Source of the DNA: an uncultured archaeon
GTDB taxonomy: Archaea; Iainarchaeota; Iainarchaeia; Iainarchaeales; VGJJ01
DNA: 57,702 bases
Reading direction: 5' to 3'
NCBI GenBank assembly: GCA_964372665.1
Contig: CAYJRE010000003.1
Location: forward strand, 1 to 57,702
The notes beneath the pieces are model-generated. The model was not told where the DNA came from. It saw nothing but the letters and a program-made list of their open reading frames with translations, and ran no database searches. Shown one piece after another: positions 15,942 through 25,351 of the stretch. The translations under genes were made by a program, and so were the position numbers. The first letter of the stretch is position 1. Every line of letters starts with the position of its first letter.

Positions 15942-17060
15942 CTAAACCTTGGGCCCTTTCCATTTTCCTTTGCGGACGCGCTCCTTGGCGATGCGCATGG
16001 CAGCATCGCGTGGAGACAAATGTGTGCGATCCATTTCCTTGAATAGCAAGTTCACGTTTTTCTTTATTTTGGATTCGACCATGCGGAACATCTGGTTGGG
16101 GGTTCCACCAATGTGTTCCACATATGAGGAAATGACTCCCCCGGCGTTGGCCACGAAGTCAGGGACAACGAGTGTTTCACGGGAGTGCAGACGATGTTCT
16201 ACCCCTTCGCTCATGGAAATGTTGCTCCCTTGGACAATGAGCTTATGGTGAATTTTGTTGATGTTTTTTTGGGTTACTAGATCCGGAATGGCGGCCGTGA
16301 CTAACACGTTGGCTGGAGCCGTGAGAATGTTGCTTCCTTTGTGGGCATGCTTTCCCCGATAACGTGTAACATGACCGAATTCTTTTTTAGCGCTCGTCAA
16401 GCGTTCGTAGTCCAGGCCGGTTTTGTCAATGATGACACCGGAGGAATCGGAGACCGCAGTGACTTTGACTCCCCATTCGGATAAGTATTTGTGTACGAAT
16501 GTTCCAACGTTTCCATACCCTTCAATGGCGACGTGCGCGGACTCCGGTTTCATATCCAAGTATTTCAAAGCGAGCATCGCAGAGTGAGCCACTCCAAAAC
16601 CCGTGCTCCCCAACTCGTGAGGAATGCCTCCCATGCTTTTGGGTTTACCCGTGCATACTTTTCGATTGCCGGCTGCATTGGCAATTTGCCGCATTTCCTT
16701 TTCCGTCGTATTAATATCGGGACCCGCGACATATAACGAGGGAGCGATCCCCTTGAGGGCGCGACCAAACGCTTCGATAACCTGTTTCTTTTTCTGCGGG
16801 GTGTTTGATTTAGGATCAAAAAATATTCCGCTTTTTGCTCCGCCGAATGGGAGATCGGCCATGGCGTTCTTCCACGTCATTGTGCGCGCGAGGCGCATGA
16901 CCTCGTTTAGGGAAACCGAGCCTGTCATGCGAATACCCCCTTTTCCCAAACCGCGGGCCGTATTATCGATGACAATGATACCCTTCATTTGAGACATTGG
17001 ATCATATACTTGAATGATTTTTTCGGGGCCAAACTCGTCGAATGCAGGCATAAAATGCAT
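15942..17060 (-). CDS. Glu/Leu/Phe/Val dehydrogenase family protein
   Basis: GKGGIRM...WKNAMADLPFGGAKSGI (catalytic Lys region) and the Rossmann motif IEGYGNVG. The short ~370 aa form. Confidence 0.85.
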   Translation of the reverse strand: MHFMPAFDEFGPEKIIQVYDPMSQMKGIIVIDNTARGLGKGGIRMTGSVSLNEVMRLARTMTWKNAMADLPFGGAKSGIFFDPKSNTPQKKKQVIEAFGRALKGIAPSLYVAGPDINTTEKEMRQIANAAGNRKVCTGKPKSMGGIPHELGSTGFGVAHSAMLALKYLDMKPESAHVAIEGYGNVGTFVHKYLSEWGVKVTAVSDSSGVIIDKTGLDYERLTSAKKEFGHVTRYRGKHAHKGSNILTAPANVLVTAAIPDLVTQKNINKIHHKLIVQGSNISMSEGVEHRLHSRETLVVPDFVANAGGVISSYVEHIGGTPNQMFRMVESKIKKNVNLLFKEMDRTHLSPRDAAMRIAKERVRKGKWKGPKV

Positions 17061-17129
17061 CACCTGCAGGCAGAGAAATATTCAAGTTTAAAAGCTAAGT
17101 TCGGACAATCCTCAAACCGAAAAAAGGAA

Positions 17130-18065
17130 TCAGTACTTTCCTTCGGCCTTCAACTTTTCGATAAACCATTCGGCCTCGAGCGCGGCCTGGCAACCCGTTC
17201 CTGCCGAGGTAACGGCTTGCCGGTATCGGGGATCCATTACATCTCCTGCGGCAAACACGCCGGGTTGGGATGTTTTCACGCCTTGGGATTTGATGTACCC
17301 TTCTTCATTCAAATCCAAAAACCCTTTCAAAAAACCCGTGTTGGGGATGTGGCCGATGGCCAAAAACATTCCATCTGTCGGAATGACCAGCTCCTTTTTC
17401 GTGTTCATATCCTGGATTTTGACCCCTTTAACGAATTTTTCTCCTAGTACTTGGACAGGAACGCTGTTCCACACCACGCTTATCTTATCTTTCAATCCGA
17501 GCACGCGGTCTTGCATGATTTGCGAGGCGCGAAATTCGTTTCGACGGTGCACGATCGTAACTTTCTTGGCGAATTTATAGAGGGCCAAACTTTCTTCCAT
17601 CGCAGAATCGCCGCCACCGATAACCACTGTTTCTTTTCCCCGGTACAACGCGGCATCGCATACCGCACACGTCGAAACACCCTTTCCAAAAAACTCTTTT
17701 TCCCCCGGAATGTTGGTGGTGCGCGCATCCGCACCGGTGGAAATAATAACCGTTCTCCCGTAAAATTTGTTTTCGACTGTAGAAACCTCAAACCCTTTTG
17801 GAACTTTTTTTACACCGAGGGCGGTGCCTTCCACGTATTCGGCACCAAACTTTTGGGCTTGCTTTTTGCAATTTTGAATCAAGTCAGGGCCCATGACCCC
17901 GTCCTGGAAACCGGGATAGTTTTCAACGAGCGTCGTAAGTGAAAGCTGGTCGAGTTTTTCGCCGGAAATAACTAAGGGGCGCAAGGAAGCCCGAGCCGTG
18001 TACAAGGCAGCAGTATGGCCCGAAATCCCTCCTCCAATAATAATAACATCCCTAAAATCTGGCAT
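17130..18065 (-). CDS. trxB: Thioredoxin-disulfide reductase
   Basis: IIGGGISG FAD motif, redox-active CAVCDA, second GGGDSAMEE motif, GVFAAGDV. Confidence 0.9.
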   Translation of the reverse strand: MPDFRDVIIIGGGISGHTAALYTARASLRPLVISGEKLDQLSLTTLVENYPGFQDGVMGPDLIQNCKKQAQKFGAEYVEGTALGVKKVPKGFEVSTVENKFYGRTVIISTGADARTTNIPGEKEFFGKGVSTCAVCDAALYRGKETVVIGGGDSAMEESLALYKFAKKVTIVHRRNEFRASQIMQDRVLGLKDKISVVWNSVPVQVLGEKFVKGVKIQDMNTKKELVIPTDGMFLAIGHIPNTGFLKGFLDLNEEGYIKSQGVKTSQPGVFAAGDVMDPRYRQAVTSAGTGCQAALEAEWFIEKLKAEGKY

Positions 18066-18118
18066 ACTATGTAGAATATGTGAGTTGAATTAAAAGACGT
18101 GTGGAAAGTCGGGTTGGC

Positions 18119-18835
18119 TTATTTAGCCGAAATCACTTCTTGGACCAGCGACTTGTAGTCCACTAAAAAGGATTTGAGCTGCTGCAACAAACTTGAAACC
18201 TCGCCCTTGGTTTTGAGAATGCTTTTGGATAGTTCCATACCACCGGTCTTGGCCTCTTCTAAATCTTCGGCTACCTTATCGGACTGGGATTCGATGAACG
18301 CCAGCCTTGTTTCCAACTCTTGGATACGGGAATCAAAATTTTTAACCGTGGAAGGGGACCCTTTCTTGATGTGCAAGACTCGAAGCTTGAGCATGGATTC
18401 ATCCATCCTCGAAACAATATAGTCTAATCGCTGGTAAATCACAATGATGCGATTGAGCAAGGAAATGTAGAGTCGGTAACGCTGCTGATTCAACTCGACT
18501 AGAACGGTTGCCTGTTCGGCTTGGGACGAAGTAGTGAGCTTTTCTTTGACGATTTCATAGGCCTCTTTCTCTTGCTTAAACACCTGGTTCGCTGTCTGGT
18601 CGGAAACTTGAATCTCGCCCAACGATTTGTTTTCAATCTTGACTGCGATCGGCAACACACCCGGGATAGGGGGGGGAGAAATGGCTTCAGTCGTCTGGGT
18701 TATTTTTCCCGTGATGCGCGAGGAATCCTTTCCTGCAGCAGCCCTTTCATTGGAAGAACCGGCCCACACCAGCACGGGTGCCACCAAAAGGAGGAGCACG
18801 AATCCAATCCCGACTACATTCCATTTACGAGTCAT
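18119..18835 (-). CDS. Secreted or anchored coiled-coil hypothetical protein
   Basis: N-terminal hydrophobic segment VVGIGFVLLLLVAPVLVWA followed by heptad-like helical sequence. Confidence 0.55.
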   Translation of the reverse strand: MTRKWNVVGIGFVLLLLVAPVLVWAGSSNERAAAGKDSSRITGKITQTTEAISPPPIPGVLPIAVKIENKSLGEIQVSDQTANQVFKQEKEAYEIVKEKLTTSSQAEQATVLVELNQQRYRLYISLLNRIIVIYQRLDYIVSRMDESMLKLRVLHIKKGSPSTVKNFDSRIQELETRLAFIESQSDKVAEDLEEAKTGGMELSKSILKTKGEVSSLLQQLKSFLVDYKSLVQEVISAK

Positions 18836-18969
18836 GCACGAATGGGGTCGGTCCGATTTAAAACCATTCTTTTAGATACGATAACCGGAAAATGGAGCAA
18901 AGGCGCATCCCTCTAAAATTAATGCTTTATGCTGCGTTTTTTGCTTGTAAAAAGGCGAAATAAAGCCTT

Positions 18970-19851
18970 ATGGTTTTAAACATGAAAAAAGAAAGGGATG
19001 TTACTAGCATGCGTTTTCTAACCTTTGGAATGGCTGGCTTATTGATCGGACTCGTATTCGCGAGCACGGTCCACGCGGCCACCATCGGTGGAACAACCTA
19101 CGATGGATTAACCCTCGAAATAGCGAAAAACACAGTGGTCAGCATTACCACCAACCCCACCCAAACCAAACTCAGCAAAGATGGAACGTATTCGTTTGAG
19201 GTTGGCCCTGGAAACTACACGATCAAAGCCACGTATAGTGAAAATGGAATCGTATTACTCGAAGCAAGCCAGCCCGCGAATGTGGTGGCCGACGGAAACT
19301 ATACCATCGACTTAATCCTGCTGCCAGATGTGGGGGATGTTCCAGACGAACCCTTGCCGGATGAATCACCCGTAACGATTTGGGACCAACTCATAAAAAT
19401 CCCTTTGCCTTGGCTCGGATTTTTGGTCATCATACTTGGAGTAATCGGATATGGTATTTATGCCATTCACAAGCATGCTCAATCCAAAACAGGGTTGACT
19501 ACATCCGAAATAGCCACCCAAGAACCGGTTGGAAAAACAGCGAAAGACGAAGAAATAGAATTAGACAAATACGCGGTCGAAATACTCCAGCTGCTCAAAC
19601 GCGGCGGAAACCGAACAACCCAAAAAGACTTGCGGGGGATGGTGAGCATCGGCGAAGCCAAAGTGTCGTTAGTGGTGAGTGAACTCGAAACATACGGCTT
19701 CCTCAAAAAAATAAAACGGGGAAGAGGGAATATCCTCATCCTCACTGAAAAAGGGGGCCAATACTTGGAAAAACAGACACTCAAACCGAGCGAGACTATT
19801 TCGAAAAGCGAGGAGAACGCGCCACCTTCTCCCGAAGCGCCTGACGCTTAA
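18970..19851 (+). CDS. Membrane protein with extracellular beta-sandwich-like domain and cytoplasmic winged-helix domain
   Basis: Signal or TM segment, then GNYTIKATYSENG (carboxypeptidase-regulatory-like pattern), a TM segment, then LLKRGGNRTTQKDLRGMVSIGEAKVSLVVSELETYGFLKKIKRGRGNIL (wHTH). Confidence 0.6.
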   Translation: MVLNMKKERDVTSMRFLTFGMAGLLIGLVFASTVHAATIGGTTYDGLTLEIAKNTVVSITTNPTQTKLSKDGTYSFEVGPGNYTIKATYSENGIVLLEASQPANVVADGNYTIDLILLPDVGDVPDEPLPDESPVTIWDQLIKIPLPWLGFLVIILGVIGYGIYAIHKHAQSKTGLTTSEIATQEPVGKTAKDEEIELDKYAVEILQLLKRGGNRTTQKDLRGMVSIGEAKVSLVVSELETYGFLKKIKRGRGNILILTEKGGQYLEKQTLKPSETISKSEENAPPSPEAPDA

Positions 19852-21004
19852 CCGCCGCCGCAATAATCTTGGCCACTTTCCTCTCGGAAAGGGGAGGTAA
19901 AATCTTTTCGCGGGAGGGTTTCTTGACCATGGAAGCCAATGCCTGCGCCGCGACCGCTTGCATGCCATTCGTTATCTTAACAGCCTCGGCATCGAGCGCG
20001 CCACGAAAAATGCCAGGGAAAACAAGCGCGTTGTTTACCTGATTGGGAAAATCGCTCCTTCCGGTTGCCATTAGTTCGGCACCCGCCTTTTTGGCGAGAT
20101 GCGGCATGATTTCCGGAGTCGGATTGGCTAATGCAAAAACGATGGGGCTCTTGCTCATGTGCGAAATCATCGATGGCTTGAATGCACGCGCAACCGAAAC
20201 CCCAATGAGAACATCCGCGCCTTTCACGGCATCGGCTAATGCGCCTTTCATATTTTGGGGATTGGTTATTTTGGCCAGCTCTTTTTTTTCAAAATCAAGA
20301 CTTTTCCTCCCGCGATAAATGATGCCGTGGGTGTCGCAGACAATCACTTCTTTTACCCGTAGAAAATGTTTGGGCATTTTTTTGCCCAACAACATTTTGG
20401 TTACGGCGTTTCCGGCTGCACCTGCCCCATTAATACACACGCGCAACGAAGAAAAAGGTTTTTTCACGACCTTCGCAGCATTCAATAACGCCGCATACAC
20501 TACAACCGCGGTGCCATGCTGGTCATCGTGAAAAACCGGAATACCCAAATCTTGCAGTGCTCTTTCGACTCGAAAACATTTGGGGGCGACAATATCCTCC
20601 AGATTAATCGCTCCGAAAACAGGAGAAATGTTCCGAATCGTGCGGATGAGCTCGTGCTCATTTTGGGTATCCACACAAACGGGAAACGCATCAATCCCCG
20701 CGAGCTCCTTGAACAATACGCATTTTCCTTCCATGACGGGAATCGCAGCCAATGCTCCTAAATTTCCCAAACCCAAGACTTTGGAACCATCACTAATCAC
20801 CGCGAGAGAGTTCTTCTTCAGAGTCAAAGAAAACACTTGCTCCGGATGCTTGAAAAGTTCCAAGCTGACTTGCGCCACGCCCGGAGTGTAGGCGAGAGAC
20901 AAATCGTGGCTGCTGTGGAGAGGAATCTTACTATACGTTCCCAACTTGCCCCCGATTTTACGATGAAGACGAACCGACTCTTGACCTAACGATTCTTTTC
21001 GCAT
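19796..21004 (-). CDS. NAD(P)-dependent malic enzyme (short form)
   Basis: LSLAYTPGVA, VISDGSKVLGLGNLG, PVMEGKCVLFK, FHDDQHGTA, INGAGAAG. Confidence 0.9.
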   Translation of the reverse strand: MRKESLGQESVRLHRKIGGKLGTYSKIPLHSSHDLSLAYTPGVAQVSLELFKHPEQVFSLTLKKNSLAVISDGSKVLGLGNLGALAAIPVMEGKCVLFKELAGIDAFPVCVDTQNEHELIRTIRNISPVFGAINLEDIVAPKCFRVERALQDLGIPVFHDDQHGTAVVVYAALLNAAKVVKKPFSSLRVCINGAGAAGNAVTKMLLGKKMPKHFLRVKEVIVCDTHGIIYRGRKSLDFEKKELAKITNPQNMKGALADAVKGADVLIGVSVARAFKPSMISHMSKSPIVFALANPTPEIMPHLAKKAGAELMATGRSDFPNQVNNALVFPGIFRGALDAEAVKITNGMQAVAAQALASMVKKPSREKILPPLSERKVAKIIAAAVKRQALREKVARSPRFSK

Positions 21005-21264
21005 GGAAGTTCACTGCCCATAATGGACCATGTTTTGAAACCTGAAAGAGTTAAAAAGACGCCACTCCTGAACAACACGCGGAGGAACTCCCAATCATGC
21101 CCAACAAAAAGAAGGACAAAAAGAAAGCCACAGCGAAAGAAAGCCACGAATGCGAGTTCTGCTGATTGCGTTGAGATGGTCACACAAGGAAATGGGTTAT
21201 TGCTTCGCAATAACCCTGTACCGGCACGCGCGGACGGAAACGCGCCTGCGACGGCTACTTTTCT

Positions 21265-21323
21265 TTGACCTTTTAAGAAAAGGTCAATCAAAACCTTTTC
21301 GCGAGCCTTTTATCAAAAGGCTC
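21265..21323 (-). terminator. Two perfect hairpins downstream of the suf operon
   Basis: gagcctttt-atc-aaaaggctc (21303-21323) and ttgacctttt-aag-aaaaggtcaa (21265-21287), beginning 26 nt after the sufT-like stop, with short T runs on the - strand. Confidence 0.4.
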
Positions 21324-21348
21324 TTTCTAAAAAAGAAAAGGAGTGCTT

Positions 21349-21693
21349 TTACAACAATCCCATCATGGCTTTCAAATCGTCGGAGGGCTGCCACATGGGC
21401 TCGAATGTCACGTTCACTTCCACGCTCGAAACGCCGGGAACTTTCTTCGCGGCGGACTTGACCATCTCCACCAAAAGCGGGCCGTAGGGGCAGGCGGGAG
21501 ATGTTAATGTCATGGTGATCTGCACGTTCCCTCCGGCAATTTTGATCCCATACACTAACTCGAGCGTGATGATGTCAATATGCAATTCGGGGTCCTCGAC
21601 TTGCTTCAGCGCTTGACGGACCTGCTCTTCGGTAATAATGGAATTAAATCCTGCATCTGGATTTCCCTGCACCTGTTCTTTTTTTTCATCCAT
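21349..21693 (-). CDS. sufT: Fe-S assembly protein, DUF59/SufT-like
   Basis: VEDPELHIDIITLELVYGI...TLTSPACPYGP is the DUF59/MIP18 signature. Confidence 0.8.
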   Translation of the reverse strand: MDEKKEQVQGNPDAGFNSIITEEQVRQALKQVEDPELHIDIITLELVYGIKIAGGNVQITMTLTSPACPYGPLLVEMVKSAAKKVPGVSSVEVNVTFEPMWQPSDDLKAMMGLL

Positions 21694-21695
21694 GA

Positions 21696-22442
21696 TTACT
21701 GCGCCTCCGCTTTCAACGAATCAAATCCATTCTTTTCAATATGATGAGCCAATTCGATTTCCCCGGATTTGACTATTTTTCCATTCACCATCACGTGAAC
21801 GTGTTGCGGGTGCACATATTGAAGAATGCGATTGTAATGCGTAATGAGAAGCACACCCATACCAGTGGATTGAGCCATTTTAGTGATGCCTTCCCCCAAC
21901 ACTTTCAACGCGTCCACATCCGTGCCTGAGTCGGTTTCATCGAGTATGGCGATCTGGGGTTCGAGCATCGCAAGCTGGAGGATTTCGCAGCGCTTTTTTT
22001 CTCCGCCCGAAAACCCTTCATTCAAATAGCGGTTGACCAAATGTGAATCCATTTGCAACAACGATAGTTTCTCCTTCAATTTAGCCGCAAAATCAACAAT
22101 CTTCATGGGCACCGTTAAGCGTGTGTTTACGGCCGTGCGCAAGAAATTGGAAACAGTGACTCCGGATACCTCGGCAGGGTATTGGAAAGAGAGGAAGAGC
22201 CCGAGACGCGAACGCTCATGCGGCTTTAGGGCCAGCACATCTTTGCCTTGAAAGGTGATGGAGCCTTTTTTCACGGTATATTTGGGGTGACCGGCAATCA
22301 CATAGGCCAAGGTTGATTTCCCCGAACCATTCGGACCCATCAATGCCACGACTTCGCCTTTATTGACATCTAACGAAATTCCGGAGAGGATTTCTTTTTC
22401 TCCCACATTCACGTGCAAATTCCTAATTTCCAAATCAGCCAT
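21696..22442 (-). CDS. sufC: Fe-S cluster assembly ATPase SufC
   Basis: Walker A GPNGSGKST, signature NEGFSGGEKKR, Walker B AILDETDSG. ATG 22442 (MADLEIRNLHV). Confidence 0.9.
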   Translation of the reverse strand: MADLEIRNLHVNVGEKEILSGISLDVNKGEVVALMGPNGSGKSTLAYVIAGHPKYTVKKGSITFQGKDVLALKPHERSRLGLFLSFQYPAEVSGVTVSNFLRTAVNTRLTVPMKIVDFAAKLKEKLSLLQMDSHLVNRYLNEGFSGGEKKRCEILQLAMLEPQIAILDETDSGTDVDALKVLGEGITKMAQSTGMGVLLITHYNRILQYVHPQHVHVMVNGKIVKSGEIELAHHIEKNGFDSLKAEAQ

Positions 22443-22866
22443 ATTTCTTCTTCCCCCCATACTTCTCATAAATCATAAAAGCATTCTTGATGGTGTCCAG
22501 CGAGAGCATGGCACACTTCAGGCGGATGGGGCCTAATTCTATCCCCAAGAGGGACATGACATCGACGCGCGTGTATTGCTTAATCTGCTCTTCCGTTTTT
22601 CCTTTTATCTCATCGGAAAGGAGGGAGGCCGAAGCCAGGGAAATGGCGCAACCACTCCCAGAGAAGCGGACATCTCCCACTTTTCCTTCCTTGTCGAGCT
22701 TAATCTGGAATTGAAGATTGTCCCCGCAGACAGGATTGTACTCCTTGTGGGAAAAATCAGCTTTTTCCAACTGACCAAAATTGCGGGGATGCTTATAGTG
22801 ATCTAAAATGTGCTCGCGGTACATCCCGCTGCCCACAAAGCCCTTATCCATTGTTTCGGTGTTCAT
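22435..22866 (-). CDS. sufU: SUF-type Fe-S scaffold / sulfur acceptor (SufU/IscU family)
   Basis: NPVCGD, GSGCAIS and KCAMLS supply the three conserved Cys motifs. Confidence 0.85.
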   Translation of the reverse strand: MNTETMDKGFVGSGMYREHILDHYKHPRNFGQLEKADFSHKEYNPVCGDNLQFQIKLDKEGKVGDVRFSGSGCAISLASASLLSDEIKGKTEEQIKQYTRVDVMSLLGIELGPIRLKCAMLSLDTIKNAFMIYEKYGGKKKYG

Positions 22867-22872
22867 TTTTTT

Positions 22873-24135
22873 TCATCCATTTTTGTTTTGGAATATCTTT
22901 TGCGCTTTCTTTACACTTTCGACCAGTGCATCCACTTCTTTCTCCGTGTTGTAAATCCCAAAACTCGCTCGCGCGGAAGCGGAAACACCCAATAATTCCA
23001 TAAGAGGCATGGCGCAATGATTTCCTGCCCGCACGGCGATCCCGTCTTCGTTCAATAAGGAGGCCACATCATGTGCGTGAATGCCTTTCACATTGAATGC
23101 GATGACTCCGACGTGCTCTTCGGGAAGGGAGGGACCGTATATTTTTATCCCTTTTATTTTTTTCAATTGCGAAAATGCGTGCAGGATAAGACTTTTTTCA
23201 TGGGCGCGTATTTTGGATAGCCCCTTGCCACGCAAAAAATCAATCGCTTCCCCCAATGCAATGCCTTCCGCGATGGGGGGAGTGCCTGCTTCGAATTTCC
23301 AGGGGAGACTATTCCATGTTGCCTTGTCGAAATAGACCTCGCGAACCATTTCTCCTCCGAATGAAACGGGATTCAGGCGTTGGAGGAGGGATTCTTTTCC
23401 GTACAACACGCCAATCCCGGTGGGACCGTACATCTTATGCCCCGAAAAACAAAGAAAATCGCATTCTAACTCATTCACATCAACGGGAATGTGGGCCATG
23501 GCTTGAGCGGCATCCACGGCAATCAATGCCCCGACTTGGTGGACCGCGCGCGAGAGCTTTTGCACGGGAACAACGGAACCCAAGACATTTGAAACAAGCG
23601 TGACCGAGACTATTTTGGTTTGGGGGGTGATTATTTTTTTCAAATCGGACAAATCCAAATTACATGATTTTTTATCGAGAGGGATAAACTTCAATTTTGC
23701 TTGGGTACGCAAAGCGAGCTGCTGCCAGGGGACCAAATTAGAATGATGCTCGATTTGGGAAACGACTATTTCATCCCCTTTTTTGAGCAGGGGCTCGAGC
23801 ATGCGCGCGAGCATATTGAATGAATCCGTGGTGCCGCGCGTGAAGACGATTTCTTTCATGGACTTTGCTCCAATGAATTGGGCAACCTTCTCGTGCGCAT
23901 TTTCATACGCCAGCGTTGCTTCCTCCGCTAAACGATGAATCCCACGATGGACATTTGCGTTTTGGGAACGATAAAAGTGATCCAGGGATTGGAGCACACT
24001 CTCGGGCTTTTGGGTGGTGGCAGCGTTATCCAAGTAAATGAGGGGCACGCCATTCACTTTGCGTGAAAGAATGGGAAATTCCTCTCGAATGGAAACTTTT
24101 TTTGTCAAACGGAGCGATTGGTTCATTTTTTTCAT
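22873..24135 (-). CDS. sufS: Cysteine desulfurase SufS
   Basis: PLP-Lys motif SGHKMYGPTGIG and active-site RAGNHCAMP. Confidence 0.9.
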   Translation of the reverse strand: MKKMNQSLRLTKKVSIREEFPILSRKVNGVPLIYLDNAATTQKPESVLQSLDHFYRSQNANVHRGIHRLAEEATLAYENAHEKVAQFIGAKSMKEIVFTRGTTDSFNMLARMLEPLLKKGDEIVVSQIEHHSNLVPWQQLALRTQAKLKFIPLDKKSCNLDLSDLKKIITPQTKIVSVTLVSNVLGSVVPVQKLSRAVHQVGALIAVDAAQAMAHIPVDVNELECDFLCFSGHKMYGPTGIGVLYGKESLLQRLNPVSFGGEMVREVYFDKATWNSLPWKFEAGTPPIAEGIALGEAIDFLRGKGLSKIRAHEKSLILHAFSQLKKIKGIKIYGPSLPEEHVGVIAFNVKGIHAHDVASLLNEDGIAVRAGNHCAMPLMELLGVSASARASFGIYNTEKEVDALVESVKKAQKIFQNKNG

Positions 24136-25322
24136 GCCGAAACATCTCCTTTGGGAAAAGGTTGAGAGAGCGCTGGGGGATTGATTCCTAAATCGAGCTT
24201 CGAATCAATCAATCTCCGAGACTCGTGAAGAATGTGCGAGTGAAAAAACTGGTTCAACACGAACTCGAGGAAGCCATGGATGTAGAGGGCACGTGCCCCT
24301 TCCTCATCCAACCCGCGCGAAGCTAAATAAAACAATTTTTCTTTGTCCAAGCGACCAACCGTCGCCGCATGCGAGCAGCGCAAATCAGAGCCTTCTATTT
24401 CCAATGCGGGAACGGGGTCGGCTTCCGCGTTGGGGGAGAGAAGCAGTACGTCCGCGCGCTGATTCCCGACTGATCCACGAGCTTCCTTGGTCATCTTGAT
24501 GAGGCCTTTGTATACGGCCTTGGAGGAATCGTTCAACACCCCCCGCGCGAGCAAATGCGATTTGGTTTGAGGAAATAAATGCACGGCGGAAGCATCCATA
24601 TCGAAGTGCTGGGACTCGTTGCCCAAAAACAACCCCATGTTTCGCGTGGAAGCGTTTTCCCCCACGAGATTGGAAATGACGTCCAATTTGACCAATTTGG
24701 AGCCAAACTCGGACCAATACCAATCCACCGAAGCGTTTTTTTCGATGTGCGCGCGCTTGTATGCGAAACGGGAAAAGGAAAGAGGATTGTTTTGGATGCT
24801 TGAATAGGTTACGTGCGCGTTCTCGCAGGCGAAAATCTCGACTGCGGAACTTGAGAATGAATTTTTAGGTGAAGCAGAATGAGATTCCGTGTGAATGAGA
24901 GAGGCACGTGCATCCTTCTCGGCTAAAATGAGAACATGGGAAACAAAATCGTTCTGCGCAGGAAGAATGATGGGACCTTTTGCTTGAGCGTTGGGGGGGA
25001 GGTAAAGGAATATGCCATTTGAGACTAATGAAAGGTGCATGGCCTCAAACTTTTTCCCAAGCGAGAGAAGAGAACCAAAAATGGGGGCTATTTTTTCGGG
25101 ATACTTTTGAAATGCGGTTTCCAAATCGCAGAGTATGACTCCGTTTTCTAAGGATTGGAAAAAAGGGGCTTTTTTGTTGGAAAATTGTTGAGTGACTTCT
25201 TCCAGACGGATGGAAGAAACGTCCGTGTGAATATCCAACCCATATTTGAGAGAGGGATACGGCAATCGTTCGAAAGCGAAACGTGCTTCTTTATTCTTTT
25301 CAGACAAAAGGGTTTGGAGCAT
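24132..25322 (-). CDS. sufD: Fe-S cluster assembly protein SufD
   Basis: SufB/D beta-helix C-terminal pattern (ADVLLLSPNAEADPVPALEI...CSHAATVGRLD, LFYLASRGL). Position is between sufB and sufS. Confidence 0.8.
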   Translation of the reverse strand: MLQTLLSEKNKEARFAFERLPYPSLKYGLDIHTDVSSIRLEEVTQQFSNKKAPFFQSLENGVILCDLETAFQKYPEKIAPIFGSLLSLGKKFEAMHLSLVSNGIFLYLPPNAQAKGPIILPAQNDFVSHVLILAEKDARASLIHTESHSASPKNSFSSSAVEIFACENAHVTYSSIQNNPLSFSRFAYKRAHIEKNASVDWYWSEFGSKLVKLDVISNLVGENASTRNMGLFLGNESQHFDMDASAVHLFPQTKSHLLARGVLNDSSKAVYKGLIKMTKEARGSVGNQRADVLLLSPNAEADPVPALEIEGSDLRCSHAATVGRLDKEKLFYLASRGLDEEGARALYIHGFLEFVLNQFFHSHILHESRRLIDSKLDLGINPPALSQPFPKGDVSA

Positions 25323-25351
25323 AGCGGGAGTGTCACCTCAATGATATTATT

